From Hyaloraphidium curvatum SAG 235-1 (lineage: Eukaryota; Fungi; Monoblepharomycota): DNA of 64,000 bases. Below, piece by piece: positions 62,846-64,000 of this stretch. The number at the start of each line of letters is the position of its first letter. Within the stretch, counting starts at the first letter, position 1. The stretch spans positions 186,001 to 250,000 of the forward strand of contig JAIVFI010000036.1 in assembly GCA_025558095.1 (NCBI GenBank), written 5' to 3'. Position numbers and translations under genes: made by a program. The notes under the pieces were generated by a model, which saw nothing but the letters and a program-made list of their open reading frames with translations, made no database searches and was not told the origin of the DNA.

Positions 62846-64000
62846 TTAGTCTGCGAGAGAAGTAAAGTCAGCTCCGGTCCGCAAAGTCCCAAGTCGGCCG
62901 CTCAAAACTCACCGACTTCCTCGACCGTGGGGCCACCGCTGCCGCCGGCACCGCCCTCGCCGCCGGCACCGGGGAAGCCGCCCGGGAAGCCGCCGCCGGG
63001 GAACCCTCCGGGTCCGCCGGCCCCGCCCGCGCCGCCGGCGTTCTGGTACAGCCGGCGCATGATCGGGTTGGCCACCTCCTCGAGCTCCTTCTGCCTGCCC
63101 TCGAACTCCTCCTTGGAGGCCTCCATCGAGTGGTCGAGCCACTTGATGGTCTCGTCAACCGCCTTCTCGAGCTTCTCCTTGTCCTCGGGGTCGAACTTGT
63201 CCTTGAGCTTGTCGTCGTTGAGCGTGTTGCGCAGGTTGAAGGCGTACGACTCGAGGCCGTTCTTGGCCGTCACGCGGGCCGTCGCCTCCTCGTCCTCGGC
63301 CTTGTACTGCTCGGCCTCGTTGACCATGCGCTCGATGTCCTCCTTCGACAGGCGGCCCTTGTCGTTGGTGATGGTGATCTTGTTGGACCGCCCGGTGGTC
63401 TTGTCGACGGCCGAGACGTTGAGGATGCCGTTGGCGTCGATGTCGAAGGTGACCTCGATCTGGGGCACGCCGCGCGGCGCGGGCGGGATGCCCGTGAGCT
63501 CGAACTTGCCGAGGAGGTTGTTGTCCTTGGTGCGCGCGCGCTCGCCCTCGTAGACCTGGATCAGCACGCCGGGCTGGTTGTCCGAGTAGGTCGAGAAGAT
63601 CTCGGACTTCTTGGTCGGGATGGTGGTGTTGCGCTTGATCAGGGCGGTCATGATGCCGCCGGCGGTCTCGATGCCGAGCGACAGGGGGGCGACGTCGAGC
63701 AGGAGCAGGTCCTGGGTCTTCTCCGACGTGGTGCCGGTGAGGATGGCGGCCTGCACGGCGGCGCCGTAGGCGACGGCCTCGTCGGGGTTGATCGACTTGT
63801 TGGGCTCCTTGCCGTTGAAGAAGTCCTGCACCAGCTTCTGGATCTTGGGGATGCGGGTGGAGCCGCCGACGAGCACGATCTCGTTCACGGAGCCCTTGTC
63901 GATCTTGGAGTCGCGCAGGACCTTCTCGACGGGGTCGAGGGTGCCGCGGAAGAGGTCGGCGCACAGCTCCTCGAAGCGGGCGCGGGTGATGGAGGTGTAG
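62846..64000 (-). CDS. HSP70: Cytosolic Hsp70 (Ssa-type), 3' part; continues beyond the window
   Basis: [49 protein letters not shown]|D* (intron 62851-62912). Confidence 0.98.

Overview
Eukaryotic, GC-rich, very gene-dense fungal DNA with many short (about 40-65 nt) spliceosomal introns. The gene content (divergent DRC1, Ssk1-type regulator, fungal PEX5/RMD1/VPS68) fits an early-diverging, zoosporic-lineage fungus. A Monoblepharidomycete-like source is a guess that cannot be confirmed here. Bases 1-6.9 kb are a CpG-depleted cluster of decayed non-LTR retrotransposons. It contains a 1,239-bp near-identical tandem array and a ~340-bp foldback/MITE-like element. The rest holds about 30 tightly packed genes: MED21, PEX5, DUF2358-like, SDH1, EMC6, HRD3, RRP3, DMC1, RPT5, Cyk3-like, TEN1, NUP42, DBP5, LAMMER kinase, F-box, SWIRM, SSK1-like, WGR-SWIM-DNA ligase, BIR1, RAM1, RMD1, eIF3f, mS38, G-alpha, eIF2-alpha, DRC1-like, MED8, VPS68, OCT1, CHZ-domain protein and HSP70. 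The most notable items are: (1) a 1.3-kb intron-containing gene fragment with a cryptic GATA-like finger, inserted between 161-bp direct repeats copied from the SDH1 3' end; (2) a WGR-SWIM-bacterial-type ATP-dependent ligase; (3) a membrane-anchored pseudo-histidine-kinase/Ssk1 hybrid; (4) a truncated, divergent flagellar DRC1; (5) a head-to-head NUP42/DBP5 pair; (6) a long structured intron in the LAMMER kinase. Gene calls come from motif recognition and manual splicing, not database searches. Exon boundaries and some start codons are approximate.
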